Below are positions 1 to 9,867 of a stretch of DNA of 64,000 nucleotides, one piece after another. The position numbers were made by a program, and so were the translations under genes. Each line of letters starts with the position of its first letter. Positions within the stretch are counted from its first letter, which is position 1. The DNA lies in the NCBI GenBank assembly GCA_963703315.1, contig OY969811.1, forward strand, positions 2,528,001-2,592,000, in the 5' to 3' direction. The DNA comes from an uncultured cyanobacterium. Its GTDB lineage: Bacteria; Cyanobacteriota; Cyanobacteriia; Pseudanabaenales; Pseudanabaenaceae. The notes below the pieces were generated by a model that made no database searches, had not been told where the DNA came from, and saw only the letters and a list, made by a program, of their open reading frames with translations.

Positions 1-315
1 CCATGCGAGGTCATAGCCTAACCAACCTAAATATCCCCCTGTAAATGGTAAATGATCGGGTAAATCTTGAGAACTGGGTGCAGATAGCATTCGAGATCGC
101 AATTGTTCCAGACATGGCAAAATCTCACCAACTTCAGGAGTCCAAACTTGACGTGGTTTACCTGCGGCGATCGAATAGCGGGCGAGTTTTGAAGGAACTT
201 GAGATGGACTTTCTAGCAAAACCGTAATCGGTTCATCAGCATAGAGCGATTCCCATAGATCTGCTCCTGTGATGTCAGTAGGTAGCGATCGCTGAAGCCA
301 CAACCAATCGGTCAT
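1..315 (-). CDS. Anthranilate synthase component I / aminodeoxychorismate synthase (TrpE/PabB family), 5' part; runs off the window start
   Basis: Hand translation from ATG at 315: MTDWLWLQRSLP...VLLESP...LARYSIAAG...LPFTGGYLGWLGYDLAW; LLES, RYS and PFxGGxxGxxGYD are N-terminal motifs of this family. Not in the ORF track because it is truncated. Confidence 0.85.
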   Translation of the reverse strand, partial: MTDWLWLQRSLPTDITGADLWESLYADEPITVLLESPSQVPSKLARYSIAAGKPRQVWTPEVGEILPCLEQLRSRMLSAPSSQDLPDHLPFTGGYLGWLGYDLAW

Positions 316-333
316 AGAAATATTCAATAGTTC

Positions 334-395
334 AGTACGGTCTTATTATAGAGAAGTGCCGCTTGAGGCTACTTTTCTATAATTAAGACCGTACT
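334..395. repeat. Long imperfect intergenic inverted repeat
   Basis: AGTACGGTCTTATTATAGAGAAGT...ACTTTTCTATAATTAAGACCGTACT. Confidence 0.7.
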
Positions 396-411
396 TAATC
401 ATCAAAAAACT

Positions 412-600
412 ATGAATCGCACCTTATTTATTGGAATTCTCGTTGTTATTGGGCTAATGGTATTGGCGAGTTCGTTACCAAATAGGTTCTATGGGGCAAG
501 CGATCGCAAATTTATCGTGATTACAGTCATTACCTGTATTGTTTCGGCGATCGGTTTAGCTGTATTTTTCAGCATTCCCTTTTTGACAGCAAAAGGCTAA
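412..600 (+). CDS. Small membrane protein with two hydrophobic segments
   Basis: 62-aa ORF, two TM-like stretches, fills the gap between flanking genes. Confidence 0.55.
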   Translation: MNRTLFIGILVVIGLMVLASSLPNRFYGASDRKFIVITVITCIVSAIGLAVFFSIPFLTAKG

Positions 601-935
601 TACTTTGCCATACTGGAATCAATTGAGTATGCATAGGCATCAATACCACCACCGATATTTTTGACATTAGTAAATCCTTGGTTTACTAGCCATTGGCACA
701 TTTGCGCCGATCGCATTCCGTGATGACACAACACTAAGGTTTCGGCATGGGGATCAAATTTTTCTTTAAAATCTACTTCCCACTGGTCATATTCACTGAG
801 TGGTAAAACTGTAAAGCCATCGATCGCTGCAATATCCACCTCATCCCGTTCACGCACATCAATTAGTTGCAGATTTTGACAATCATCAGCCAAACGTTCA
901 GCTAGTTCTTGGACAGTAATTTGTATGATAGACAT
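597..935 (-). CDS. Single-domain rhodanese
   Basis: LIDVRE and active-site loop CHHGMRS, GGIDAY. Confidence 0.92.
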   Translation of the reverse strand: MSIIQITVQELAERLADDCQNLQLIDVRERDEVDIAAIDGFTVLPLSEYDQWEVDFKEKFDPHAETLVLCHHGMRSAQMCQWLVNQGFTNVKNIGGGIDAYAYSIDSSMAKY

Positions 936-1045
936 ACGAGTAAAATATCTCTTAGGTATGAGTTAAAAACCTAGCACAAGTACTGCTTTTAGCTCAAACT
1001 TTAGGTATCGCAGTTTCCCATTATTAACGAATACTGTCTAGACCA

Positions 1046-1513
1046 ATGAGCCAGCCCATCGAAGAATTGTTGCAAGACCTCAAGAGTGAGCATGAAGATA
1101 TCCGCGATCGTGCTACTCAGGGGCTATGGGAAATGTGGTTTATGCAAAAGGGAATGCAAGGGTTGCAGGTCTTGCGCCAAAGCCAAATGATGGCCGATAG
1201 TGGCAATATCCGACAGGCGGAGTTAATGCTGACCCAATTAATTCATGCTCAGCCAGATTTTGTGGAAGCATGGAATCGGCGGGCGGTTTTGTTTTATATG
1301 CAAGGGGATTACAAACGCTCGATCAAAGATTGCCAAAAGGCGATCGCCCTCAATCCTTATCATTTTGGCGCAGTGCATGGTTTGGGTTTATGTTATGCCG
1401 CGATCGGCAACTATCACGAGGCGATCGCCACTTTCCGCCGCGCCTTAGAAATTCAACCCTATTCCCTCACCAATCAAAAACTAATTCTCGAATGTACTGC
1501 CATGCTTAACTAA
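1046..1513 (+). CDS. TPR-repeat protein
   Basis: AWNRRA..YMQGDY..SIKD...AIALNPYHFGA; GLGLCY..IGNY.EAI..F.RALEIQP. Confidence 0.9.
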   Translation: MSQPIEELLQDLKSEHEDIRDRATQGLWEMWFMQKGMQGLQVLRQSQMMADSGNIRQAELMLTQLIHAQPDFVEAWNRRAVLFYMQGDYKRSIKDCQKAIALNPYHFGAVHGLGLCYAAIGNYHEAIATFRRALEIQPYSLTNQKLILECTAMLN

Positions 1514-1863
1514 CTGTTTATTTTGAGAACAACAGCTAAAGCTTTTCCAATTCTTTCCATAGTTTGTTCTGATAATCTGCCAATTTGTCTAACAAGTCTT
1601 TCCTGTGAAACTGAGCGCACTTGAAATGTATCGGCTGCTGATCGCTTGCTTAAACCATTGTCCTGATCTGGATCAATCTGTACCATCCACGCAACTCTTC
1701 CAAAAACCTCTTGCCATCTTGTAATTGGCACAACTACTTTTAGCCGTAAAACCCCAATTTCGTCATTATTCACAATCACAGCAGGGCGGATTTTGCCAAT
1801 TTCATCACCTATAGTCGGATCAGCACTATATAGCCAGACTTGCCTTCTACGCATATTCTTCAT
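1510..1863 (-). CDS. PemK/MazF-family toxin (start 1863 or 1854)
   Basis: DPTIGDEIGKIRPAVIV, VVVPIT, NGLSKRSAADTFQVRSVS. Confidence 0.9.
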   Translation of the reverse strand: MKNMRRRQVWLYSADPTIGDEIGKIRPAVIVNNDEIGVLRLKVVVPITRWQEVFGRVAWMVQIDPDQDNGLSKRSAADTFQVRSVSQERLVRQIGRLSEQTMERIGKALAVVLKINS

Positions 1864-2095
1864 ACTCGTAAAAGTCTTCTTGACATAGATCGCTAAATTC
1901 GGTGAGTGCATTCCCTCCTGCATAGTAGGAACGCATCATTTCTGCCGCATCCTCTAAACTTAGTTGTTGAACTTGTTGCTCTAGATTAGGTTTCGTCATT
2001 TCTTCACGGATCAGGCGCAGCGTAAATTCTACAATTTCTAAGCGATCTACAGGCTGCATTAGGCGAATTTCTTCTAATATCTGAAATTTTGTCAT
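1847..2095 (-). CDS. Probable antitoxin of the MazF-like toxin
   Basis: 82 aa, acidic C-terminus, upstream of and overlapping the toxin start. Confidence 0.7.
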   Translation of the reverse strand: MTKFQILEEIRLMQPVDRLEIVEFTLRLIREEMTKPNLEQQVQQLSLEDAAEMMRSYYAGGNALTEFSDLCQEDFYEYEEYA

Positions 2096-2116
2096 GACTT
2101 TGAGTATTTAAAGCAT

Positions 2117-3544
2117 TTAGTAATTGATATTCCAGAGGGGAGTACGGCGGACAAAGGCGAGGATGCATACACCGATAGTAATGCTTAGCCATCCGCAGAT
2201 TAAAGTTATTAAGGGCAAGGCTTGATTTAAGGTAACGAGAGAGGCGATTTTGCTGGGGGTGAGAAAAGCACTGATTAATAATAAAGCCGTACCAATTTCC
2301 CAAGGTTGTAAATGGGTTTTGAGATGATGGGGGCGATCGCTTTGCAAACTATTGGGCGCAACTAATTTTAAGAAAAATCTGGCGATCGCGGGACTAACGA
2401 TGCAAACACCGAGCCAAGCGATCGCATTACTCACCATGAGTTTTGGAGGGAGAGGAAATATAAACAAAAGCAACCCGCCAATAGCTGCGAAGGCAGTACC
2501 AGCTAAAATTCCTGCCCCCTGTGGTAGTAAGACATGAGCTAGACCGAGACTGTCTTGTTCAGTCTCTTGCTTAGCCAGATGAAACTCTTCCCGTAATGTT
2601 TGCCCTAATTGATCATTTTGATTAGTACTTTCCTTAGTTTGTCCCGTCATCATGGTCATCGCTAAGGGAATTGTGATTTCGCTATTGTTTCCTGCTAGCT
2701 GCATCCAACTTAACTCACCACTTGCCTCTTGCAATTTGATCACTGACAACCGCGAAAAAGGACGTAAATCAATTGTATAAGTCGATTCAATTCCCCATAA
2801 GCCACTAAACCGCAGTTCCAAAATTCTTTCGGGCGATCGCAACTGCGCTTGCCATGTAAAAAAACCAGTGAGTCCCGTAGATGTGAAAGCGATCGCGGCG
2901 ATCGCTCGAATATTGCTAGAAAAGTCAAGCATCATCCAAAAGAACAGTCCTAAAGTGATCAATACCAAACTATTAAACTGTCGTGGTTGTTGACCTAAAG
3001 CAGAGGGGCTGACCATTACTGTTTGATCAGAATAGGTAACTACATTCAAAACATCAGCACTTACTGTTTCTATGGTTTTCCTTTTGTCTAATGCCAACTT
3101 TTCCTTAGTTGATCGCAAACCTAGAGCGCTAGCTAAGCCTATAAAAATAGCGGCAGGTAGAATCCACCAGAGTGCTACTAAAACCTTAGTAAAGTCTTCA
3201 TTAGGGACTTCTGAAGATATACTCATTCCTGCAATTAAAACTAGCCAATAAGCAGTGATTCCCATCAATTGCCATTGTGAGAATATATATTCCGAATTTT
3301 GGCGACAAACCTCAACAACAGATTTCGCAGTATAGATGCCGATTAAAAAACCGACAAACAGGCAAATACAGGCGATCGCGAAAACATTTAGTTCACTTTG
3401 TCCTAACTGCCTGATCGCTACTACCAGCATTAAAAAGCCAGCAAACCCAAAATTCACCGAAATAGGATAAGTTGCTTGCCGCCAACCCCACCCAACTTTA
3501 CCTGACACTAATTGTCTTTGTGTGTGGGAAGGGGAAACTTGCAT
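2117..3544 (-). CDS. Multi-pass membrane protein of unknown function (start probably 3544)
   Basis: Long ORF with about 10 hydrophobic segments; the upstream extension overlaps the previous gene and a heptamer repeat. Confidence 0.75.
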   Translation of the reverse strand: MQVSPSHTQRQLVSGKVGWGWRQATYPISVNFGFAGFLMLVVAIRQLGQSELNVFAIACICLFVGFLIGIYTAKSVVEVCRQNSEYIFSQWQLMGITAYWLVLIAGMSISSEVPNEDFTKVLVALWWILPAAIFIGLASALGLRSTKEKLALDKRKTIETVSADVLNVVTYSDQTVMVSPSALGQQPRQFNSLVLITLGLFFWMMLDFSSNIRAIAAIAFTSTGLTGFFTWQAQLRSPERILELRFSGLWGIESTYTIDLRPFSRLSVIKLQEASGELSWMQLAGNNSEITIPLAMTMMTGQTKESTNQNDQLGQTLREEFHLAKQETEQDSLGLAHVLLPQGAGILAGTAFAAIGGLLLFIFPLPPKLMVSNAIAWLGVCIVSPAIARFFLKLVAPNSLQSDRPHHLKTHLQPWEIGTALLLISAFLTPSKIASLVTLNQALPLITLICGWLSITIGVCILAFVRRTPLWNINY

Positions 3545-3581
3545 AGGTGATGGGTAATTGGTAATCGGTAATTGAGAAATT

Positions 3582-4658
3582 CTAAACCGCCGCGATCGCC
3601 TCATGACGTGCAAAAATCATCCGACCTGCGGAAGTTTGCAAAGCGCTGGTAACAATCACAATAATTTGTTTGCCAAGATATTCGCGCCCCTCTTCAATTA
3701 CCACCATCGTGCCATCTTCGAGATAGCCAATCCCTTGAGAAGCTTCTTTACCTTCCTTCAATACCTTAATCTCGATCAGATCCCCAGGTAAATAAGTTGG
3801 GCGCAGAGCTTGGGCAAGATCGTTAATATTTAAAACTTCTACCTGTTGCAAATTGGCAACTTTATTGAGGTTGTAGTCGTTGGTGATTAAGGTACAGCTT
3901 AGCTCTTGAGCCAAACGCACTAACTTGGCATCAACGGTATGCAAATCTTCGTAATCGGCAGAATGAATCGTAATGCGATCGCTAAATTCATCGCGCATCG
4001 TATTGAGAATATCTAGTCCTCGGCGACCACGTACTCGTTTTTGATCATTAGAGCTATCAGCGATCGTCTGCAATTCTTGAATCACAAAATGGGGGATCAA
4101 TAATTGCCCTTCTAAGAATCCTGTCTCCATCAAGGTCTGAATGCGACCATCGATCACTGTACTCGTATCCAAAATTTTGGCTGATGCTGTCCGTAGAGTT
4201 CCATCAGCGAGGAGGCTACTTTCGACATTATTGGGATTAATTAACCGCAATAGCGCTCGTCCATGAGTATCGGAAAGGGTCATGCCCGAATAGGCAAAGA
4301 TAATACTTACTAAAATTGCGGTAAGTGGCTTAATAAAAGCAAAGTCGTCAGGAATAGGAATTAAAAATAGTGGCGCAAGCATCAAGTTAGCTACCAATAG
4401 CCCAAATACTAAACCTACGGCTCGACCCAAAATCGTTTCCAGTGGCATTGACCTGACATTGGATTCAATACGCCGATAGGTATTTTGAACGATTAATCCT
4501 GCAACTAGTCCGATAAATGAGCCAACCCCAAGGGTTACCCAGCGAAAGCTCTGGACATCTAGGTTCGCAATTGTTTCAGGCGGCAAAAAGTCGATGCCAT
4601 GGAAGCCAGTACCTGCTCCCGCCAGAATGAATGTGAAAATGATAATAGCGTCAATCAT
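3582..4658 (-). CDS. Membrane-anchored PIN/TRAM-domain protein (YacL-like)
   Basis: N-terminal TMs; KILDTSTVIDGR, RGRRGLDIL, TNDYNL; TRAM GIGYLEDGTMVV..QTSAGRMIFA. Confidence 0.93.
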   Translation of the reverse strand: MIDAIIIFTFILAGAGTGFHGIDFLPPETIANLDVQSFRWVTLGVGSFIGLVAGLIVQNTYRRIESNVRSMPLETILGRAVGLVFGLLVANLMLAPLFLIPIPDDFAFIKPLTAILVSIIFAYSGMTLSDTHGRALLRLINPNNVESSLLADGTLRTASAKILDTSTVIDGRIQTLMETGFLEGQLLIPHFVIQELQTIADSSNDQKRVRGRRGLDILNTMRDEFSDRITIHSADYEDLHTVDAKLVRLAQELSCTLITNDYNLNKVANLQQVEVLNINDLAQALRPTYLPGDLIEIKVLKEGKEASQGIGYLEDGTMVVIEEGREYLGKQIIVIVTSALQTSAGRMIFARHEAIAAV

Positions 4659-4810
4659 ATTGCGGGACTCCGCTTGGACGAATAAATATAAGAATTTGAG
4701 ATAGATACCAAATAATCTCTAGCGTAAGACCTTAATTACGTCCTAGATGATTCTCTTCCAACTTTCTCAACTCTTTCCTTACAATTCTACACAACTCTAA
4801 CAAGCCTTGT

Positions 4811-5209
4811 TTATTTTGTGGGTTGGGGACAGCCTTCAGTAGATTTTTTGCCATCGGGCATGATTGCTCCACAGAAGTTAGTTTCAGAAATGTAGGCGCT
4901 GGTCAAATCTGCACCTGTGAGATCGGCTCCACGTAGATCTGCACGATCAAGAATTGCGCCAATTAGGTTTGCTTCTCGCAAGTCAGCTAGTTTGAGATCG
5001 GCAGAAAAGAGATTAGCATTGCGTAAATCTGCTCCTCTAAGATTTGCAAAACTTAATTTTGTACGGGACAGATCGCATCCTTGACATTCTCTAGTTTGCA
5101 AAACTTGGCGGAGTTGATTTGGGTCAGCAAGGGTAGATTCTGTCCAACATGAGGCGATCGCCCCGATAAGTCCTGAGATTACCAAACAAGATTTGATTGC
5201 AGCTTTCAT
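4811..5209 (-). CDS. Secreted pentapeptide-repeat protein
   Basis: Signal-like N-terminus, CQGCDLS, A(D/N)LxG repeats. Confidence 0.92.
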   Translation of the reverse strand: MKAAIKSCLVISGLIGAIASCWTESTLADPNQLRQVLQTRECQGCDLSRTKLSFANLRGADLRNANLFSADLKLADLREANLIGAILDRADLRGADLTGADLTSAYISETNFCGAIMPDGKKSTEGCPQPTK

Positions 5210-5489
5210 TTTTGAGACTTGATTTGTTTAGCCTATTATCAACCAAGCCCTGCATCACGATGAAATGCGATCGCAATCACAAGGGTAGAGATCCGATGTC
5301 ACTGGTGATTCTGGGGAAAAGATAGATGATGTTTTCATTGAGTTAATTGCTTACCAGTTAAAACTCACCCAATCGGTTGAATTGATAGCAGGAAGTAGCG
5401 ATCGCTACTTTTAGCAGATAATTAAATTATAGAAGTTTCAGCTTCTAGTTCATTGAAACGCGGTTAGAGAAAGCAGCATAGAGGCAGTC

Positions 5490-5840
5490 ATGAAAAATAC
5501 AGTTCTCGCCACATTATTAGCTATTTCGGGTTTCGCCATTTCAGGTTTTGCAAGCATTACTCCAGCAAACGCCCAAACCGCGATTGTTGCTGCACTTTAT
5601 CAAAACCCTACTGCTCCTCAAACAGAAGTTCGCTATGAAAGTGCAGATGTTCATCGCAATCAGATTATCCTTGCGATGAATACCACGCCCGAAGTATTGG
5701 CGATCGCGGAAAACCTGATGACAGGTGATAGTTATGATCGGATTGTCACTGTGAGCCGCAAAGATAATTTGGCTTGTTTAGTTAGTGGTCAAGGTTCTGC
5801 CGATGGTGCTGTGACCTGTGGATTGATTGACTATGAATAA
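5490..5840 (+). CDS. Secreted hypothetical protein
   Basis: Signal peptide ending PANA|Q; followed by a hairpin. Confidence 0.75.
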   Translation: MKNTVLATLLAISGFAISGFASITPANAQTAIVAALYQNPTAPQTEVRYESADVHRNQIILAMNTTPEVLAIAENLMTGDSYDRIVTVSRKDNLACLVSGQGSADGAVTCGLIDYE

Positions 5841-5917
5841 GAAAAGGGACGCTTTGCGTCCCTTTTCCAATAGTGATAAAAAAGCCCAAAATGGCTACGC
5901 CATTTTGGGCTTTTTTA
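5841..5917. terminator. Two hairpins between convergent genes (bidirectional terminator / REP-like)
   Basis: AAAAGGGACGC-TTT-GCGTCCCTTTT and AAAAAGCCCAAAATGGC-TAC-GCCATTTTGGGCTTTTT. Confidence 0.65.
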
Positions 5918-5939
5918 TTGATTAGTGGTGCTGCAAATA

Positions 5940-6443
5940 TTAGGCAATATTGGCATTATTTTTAACTTCATTTAGCTTTTGCAAGCTAAATTGAGCGCGT
6001 TTAATTTGCTTCTCGCATAATGCTTCAATATCAGTACGCACTATCTCAATGCCATGTTGTGTATCGGTGGCGCGATCAAAAAATACAATGCTATCGACTT
6101 GCTTCATCCCAATGAGACGAAACAACATATCAATTACGTTATATTCACCGCATTCAAGGTTTTCGTCATTTAACTTCAATCGGTCAATATTGGCAGGTGT
6201 GCGATCGCAATACGCATAGATCGTGATCTTTTCAACTTCAGGATTATCATGATTGCTAAGCGGTGTGAGTAACCAACCACCTTCGAGATCTTGAATTACA
6301 AAATAAGTTGTATGTCTTAAATTTTGGGCGATCGCTTTGAGTACCGAGGCAATTAATCTTACGGCACTAGCCGTTTCTTCATCGGGCGTACTTTGGACTA
6401 ATAAATTTACTTGATAATCAAGGGTTTGGTCTTTAGTTAACAT
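5940..6443 (-). CDS. Hypothetical protein
   Basis: 167-aa ORF starting 6 bp after the upstream ORF ends. Confidence 0.75.
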   Translation of the reverse strand: MLTKDQTLDYQVNLLVQSTPDEETASAVRLIASVLKAIAQNLRHTTYFVIQDLEGGWLLTPLSNHDNPEVEKITIYAYCDRTPANIDRLKLNDENLECGEYNVIDMLFRLIGMKQVDSIVFFDRATDTQHGIEIVRTDIEALCEKQIKRAQFSLQKLNEVKNNANIA

Positions 6444-6449
6444 TGAGGT

Positions 6450-7193
6450 CTAATTTTTATTGACAGATCGCTTCAGTGCAGGTTGCGCCGTAATCGATTG
6501 CAATGATTCTAACGTCTCGAAGATTGCTTCGCGGGTGGTGGGTTCTGTCTCTCGGTTTAGTAATACCTGACAATAATCAGCGATCGCTTTTTCTTGAGCC
6601 GTAGGTAACTGATTTTCCTGCACATACTGATTAATTTGCTTAATCGCCATTAATCTCGATAAATCATCAGTCAGATCGTTATTGGCAGTAAGCTGCGAGA
6701 TTAATTGATCAAAATTATTTTGTTGACGCTGTAGCCATTGGCTAAAAGCTTGACGAACAAGGATGGCAAAAATCCCTAAAATGGCACCTAGCTGCAAAAT
6801 ATTCGCGAAGCCTAGCCAATGGTTTTCTTGATTTGACCATATAGCAAGGATTGTATAGGTCAATAAAACTGTAACTGTGCCACTAGCGACAGATAGAGGT
6901 AAATGCCGATAGGGGCTTTGGAGAAACTTCTGAAGCCGCCATAGGATCACATTCCAGTTCCAATCCTGCATGACATAAACGGCAATCATTACGAAGATCC
7001 CTATACTCGTCGCCGCAATTAATTGCCAGTTCCAAACCAGCAGCAACACCCCAAAAATTGCTAACAAAGCCCATACTGGTAATCCTTGCTCACGGGAAAG
7101 TCCCAACCAAAGCGATCGCAGAAATTGCTGAGATGTTTGCCGAGGTTGTGATGCTGTTGTTTCTTGCTCTTGATAGCGTGAATTCTTAACCAC
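6450..7193 (-). CDS. Hypothetical membrane protein with helical C-terminal domain
   Basis: 247-aa ORF, four hydrophobic segments. Confidence 0.75.
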   Translation of the reverse strand: MVKNSRYQEQETTASQPRQTSQQFLRSLWLGLSREQGLPVWALLAIFGVLLLVWNWQLIAATSIGIFVMIAVYVMQDWNWNVILWRLQKFLQSPYRHLPLSVASGTVTVLLTYTILAIWSNQENHWLGFANILQLGAILGIFAILVRQAFSQWLQRQQNNFDQLISQLTANNDLTDDLSRLMAIKQINQYVQENQLPTAQEKAIADYCQVLLNRETEPTTREAIFETLESLQSITAQPALKRSVNKN

Positions 7194-7263
7194 TTTGTAT
7201 CCCTAAGGACTCTAATAGCTACTTTACAGGATCTTGGATAGATGTTGCCACTACAAAACAAGG

Positions 7264-7332
7264 TAAGTAGCTGGGCATAATTAAAAACCAAAACCTGTGG
7301 CGCACGCGCAGCGTGCGCCACAGGTTTTGGTT
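7264..7332. repeat. TAAGTAGCTGGGCA-end palindromic element (family A)
   Basis: Hairpin TGTGGCGCACGC-GCA-GCGTGCGCCACA; related copies at 18464-18567 and ~32025-32109. Confidence 0.75.
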
Positions 7333-7357
7333 CTGGTTTTTAATAAGGAATTATCTC

Positions 7358-9109
7358 TTACTTTGCGGGTTTTTTATACATATTTTGTAAGCTTAATAGC
7401 CCGACTCCAACCGTGACCAAAAACACTCCAAATATCTGCATCGGATCTAGTTTGTCTCCCAAAATTGTGAATGCTAAAAATGTAGTAAACACAGGACCAC
7501 TAGCACTAATAATTGATGCTTGGGCAGCACCCATGAGCTTTGTACCAAAACTGGTTAATAAATAACCACCTAAAGTGGTTATCGAAATCAAGAAGCACAT
7601 GAATACTAGCGAACTATTGAGAGAAATTGAAGCTAAGGTGAAGGGTAATGTACCGAGGCAAAGCAACAAAATGATGGCAAAGTTAATAGACGTAAATGAA
7701 ACGGGATTTAGTTGTTTAAAACAAGCCTGTGAGGTGATGATATATCCTGCAAACGCCACACCTGAAGATACTGCCGAAATTATGCCCCATGTATCAGGCT
7801 TAATGCCACCAAAAATATTATTGGTCAGCATGATCCCCAAATAGATCACGCCAATGACCAACCAACGCTCCTTACTAGGGCGATCGCCAAATAGGAACCA
7901 AGCCATCAAAACGGTAACAGTTGGGAAAATAAAGAATAAAGTTACAGCCAGACTCGGCTTCAAAATGCCTAGAGCAAGGTAAATAAATGCAAAGGAGGCA
8001 AATTGTAACAACGCACTAAAGGAAACCCGCCAGAACAATAATCTGCGGCTAGGGGTGAGTAGTTGCTGAAAGTCTCGTAATACATCTACCCGAAAAATAA
8101 ACTTAGCCACCATCCACATAATCGGTGTCGCAAACAACATTCGCAACAGCAACAACATGAAGGAGTTGGGGATGCTTGGTTTAATCAATCCCCCAAAATT
8201 AAATATTCCCAAAATATTGGAGTTAGAGAAAATTACTCTTACCAAAATATTCTGTAATGACAAAACCACTGAAGCCCCTAAAACTAGAACAAACCCTAAC
8301 CACCAATCATTGAGATGTTTAGTTGATTGAACTGGTGTGGTTGGCTCTGGGGAAGGAAGAGGTGCAGTGGGATCGGCGTAGGGACGGGTGTCATTTTGGT
8401 CGTACTGCCGCGCTTGACCAATACCACTGTTAAAAGATGGAATCTGAATTTGGCTGTAGCCGTTAATATTGCCGTTGCCATTAGGCTGAAGGACATTATT
8501 ACCATTGCCATTAATGCCGATCGCCCCTGTAAAGTTTGATGTTGGTGATGATGTTGTTGGTAGATTTGCACCCCCATAGCGATCGCCCGAAGATCGGCGT
8601 AAATATTCATCAATTCTTTCCACCAAAGCGGACAGCATTAGCTCGCCTTGTTGTCTCTGGGTATACATCCGTTGCATTTGATCATCAAGATCGCGCTGGT
8701 AAGTATCCACATCGCTTTGCAACGATTGAAATGTTGTCCGAATCGCACTATCAAGATTGAGCATCAATTGCTCAAAATTCTGCGAATGATCATTCAGCAC
8801 CTGTGAATTAGTCACGATGACATCATTTTTGAGGTGATAAGTAATTGATTGGGCAAGTTGTTCGATCCATTGCTGTCTCTGGATTTCTTGCTGATTCATC
8901 CCCTGTTGAGCAACGGTTAGTACCTCTAGCTCTTTACGTTGAGACTGGAGTCTCTGAATATCATCAGTTAGAGCATTTTTTTGGGCTTGTAAAATCAAAA
9001 TTTCGCGGCTGAGCTTGCCTAAGATATTTGCCCGCAAATCTGATAAGTCCTTGGTGACTCCTGCAAGGGTCTGCTCGTAAGAACTACTACGAATATTATT
9101 ACTCTCCAT
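7358..9109 (-). CDS. sepJ: SepJ/FraG-like septal junction protein (coiled coil + low-complexity linker + EamA/DMT permease)
   Basis: About 170-aa coiled-coil N-terminus, G/N/P/T-rich linker, C-terminal 10-TM DMT permease (LFFIFPTVTV.., GAAQASII.., GDKL): the SepJ architecture. Confidence 0.75.
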   Translation of the reverse strand: MESNNIRSSSYEQTLAGVTKDLSDLRANILGKLSREILILQAQKNALTDDIQRLQSQRKELEVLTVAQQGMNQQEIQRQQWIEQLAQSITYHLKNDVIVTNSQVLNDHSQNFEQLMLNLDSAIRTTFQSLQSDVDTYQRDLDDQMQRMYTQRQQGELMLSALVERIDEYLRRSSGDRYGGANLPTTSSPTSNFTGAIGINGNGNNVLQPNGNGNINGYSQIQIPSFNSGIGQARQYDQNDTRPYADPTAPLPSPEPTTPVQSTKHLNDWWLGFVLVLGASVVLSLQNILVRVIFSNSNILGIFNFGGLIKPSIPNSFMLLLLRMLFATPIMWMVAKFIFRVDVLRDFQQLLTPSRRLLFWRVSFSALLQFASFAFIYLALGILKPSLAVTLFFIFPTVTVLMAWFLFGDRPSKERWLVIGVIYLGIMLTNNIFGGIKPDTWGIISAVSSGVAFAGYIITSQACFKQLNPVSFTSINFAIILLLCLGTLPFTLASISLNSSLVFMCFLISITTLGGYLLTSFGTKLMGAAQASIISASGPVFTTFLAFTILGDKLDPMQIFGVFLVTVGVGLLSLQNMYKKPAK

Positions 9110-9261
9110 TTAAGAAATCACCTCGTAACAATGCCATCTGTAATAACTCTAGGGACTAAGGTTGGCACTAGCTTTTTAATTGGCTTAATTTGGTTGTGTC
9201 TAGTTTGCGAACTTTATAACACTATTTTGAGCATCTGACATACTTTGTTTTGTTGTGTTAC

Positions 9262-9419
9262 ACCAAACCCAAGAGAGGTTGCGGCGCGGAGCGCCGTAAC
9301 CTCTCTTGGGTTTGGTTTTCAATTCACGAAAGGGTTGTCACGCTTTCGTGAATTGAAAACCAAACCCAGTAAGGGTTTTTAAAGCTAAAAATGGCGTAGC
9401 CATTTTTAGCTTTGATATT
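9262..9419. repeat. Composite of three hairpins, including an intact family-D element (9316-9419)
   Basis: GGTTGCGGCGC..GCGCCGTAACC, AATTCACGAAAG..CTTTCGTGAATT, AAAGCTAAAAATGGC..GCCATTTTTAGCTTT; reverse-complement homologue at 47258-47518. Confidence 0.75.
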
Positions 9420-9864
9420 AGGAGCCTTTGGAAGCTTGTAACTCGTTGATTTGTATATTTTGAGTGCGAATTCGACGAGATAATAAACGGATAATATTTA
9501 CGGCAATATCAGGAGTTTCATCGATCGCCTCATATAGTTGTTGCTGGGTTAATACTAGACAATCACAATTAGAAATCGCCGTGACTGATGCTGATCGCGG
9601 CTCGGCATCAAACAGTGACATTTCGCCAAAGCAGCTACCTTTCTCTAAAATTGCCAGATCTTTATCACCGATATGCACACGCACCTTACCCGCAGTCACA
9701 ATATATAGCGATCGCCCTTCTTGACCTTGAGCAAAGATCATTTTATTAGAAGGGTAGGATACTTCATTCATGATTGAAGCTAGACGCACCAAAAATTCAT
9801 CCCGCAATTCCTTAAAAATCGGAACTCCTCTTACCAATAGCAATCGCTCAATACTGGTTAGCAT
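9418..9864 (-). CDS. Stand-alone cyclic-nucleotide-binding domain protein
   Basis: IFAQGQEG..LYIV..GKV, FGEMSLFDAEPRSASV. Confidence 0.93.
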   Translation of the reverse strand: MLTSIERLLLVRGVPIFKELRDEFLVRLASIMNEVSYPSNKMIFAQGQEGRSLYIVTAGKVRVHIGDKDLAILEKGSCFGEMSLFDAEPRSASVTAISNCDCLVLTQQQLYEAIDETPDIAVNIIRLLSRRIRTQNIQINELQASKGS

Positions 9865-9867
9865 TGC

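Noticed and set aside
45..227. 60-aa plus-strand ORF
   Set aside because: Antisense to the TrpE/PabB-family gene on the minus strand.
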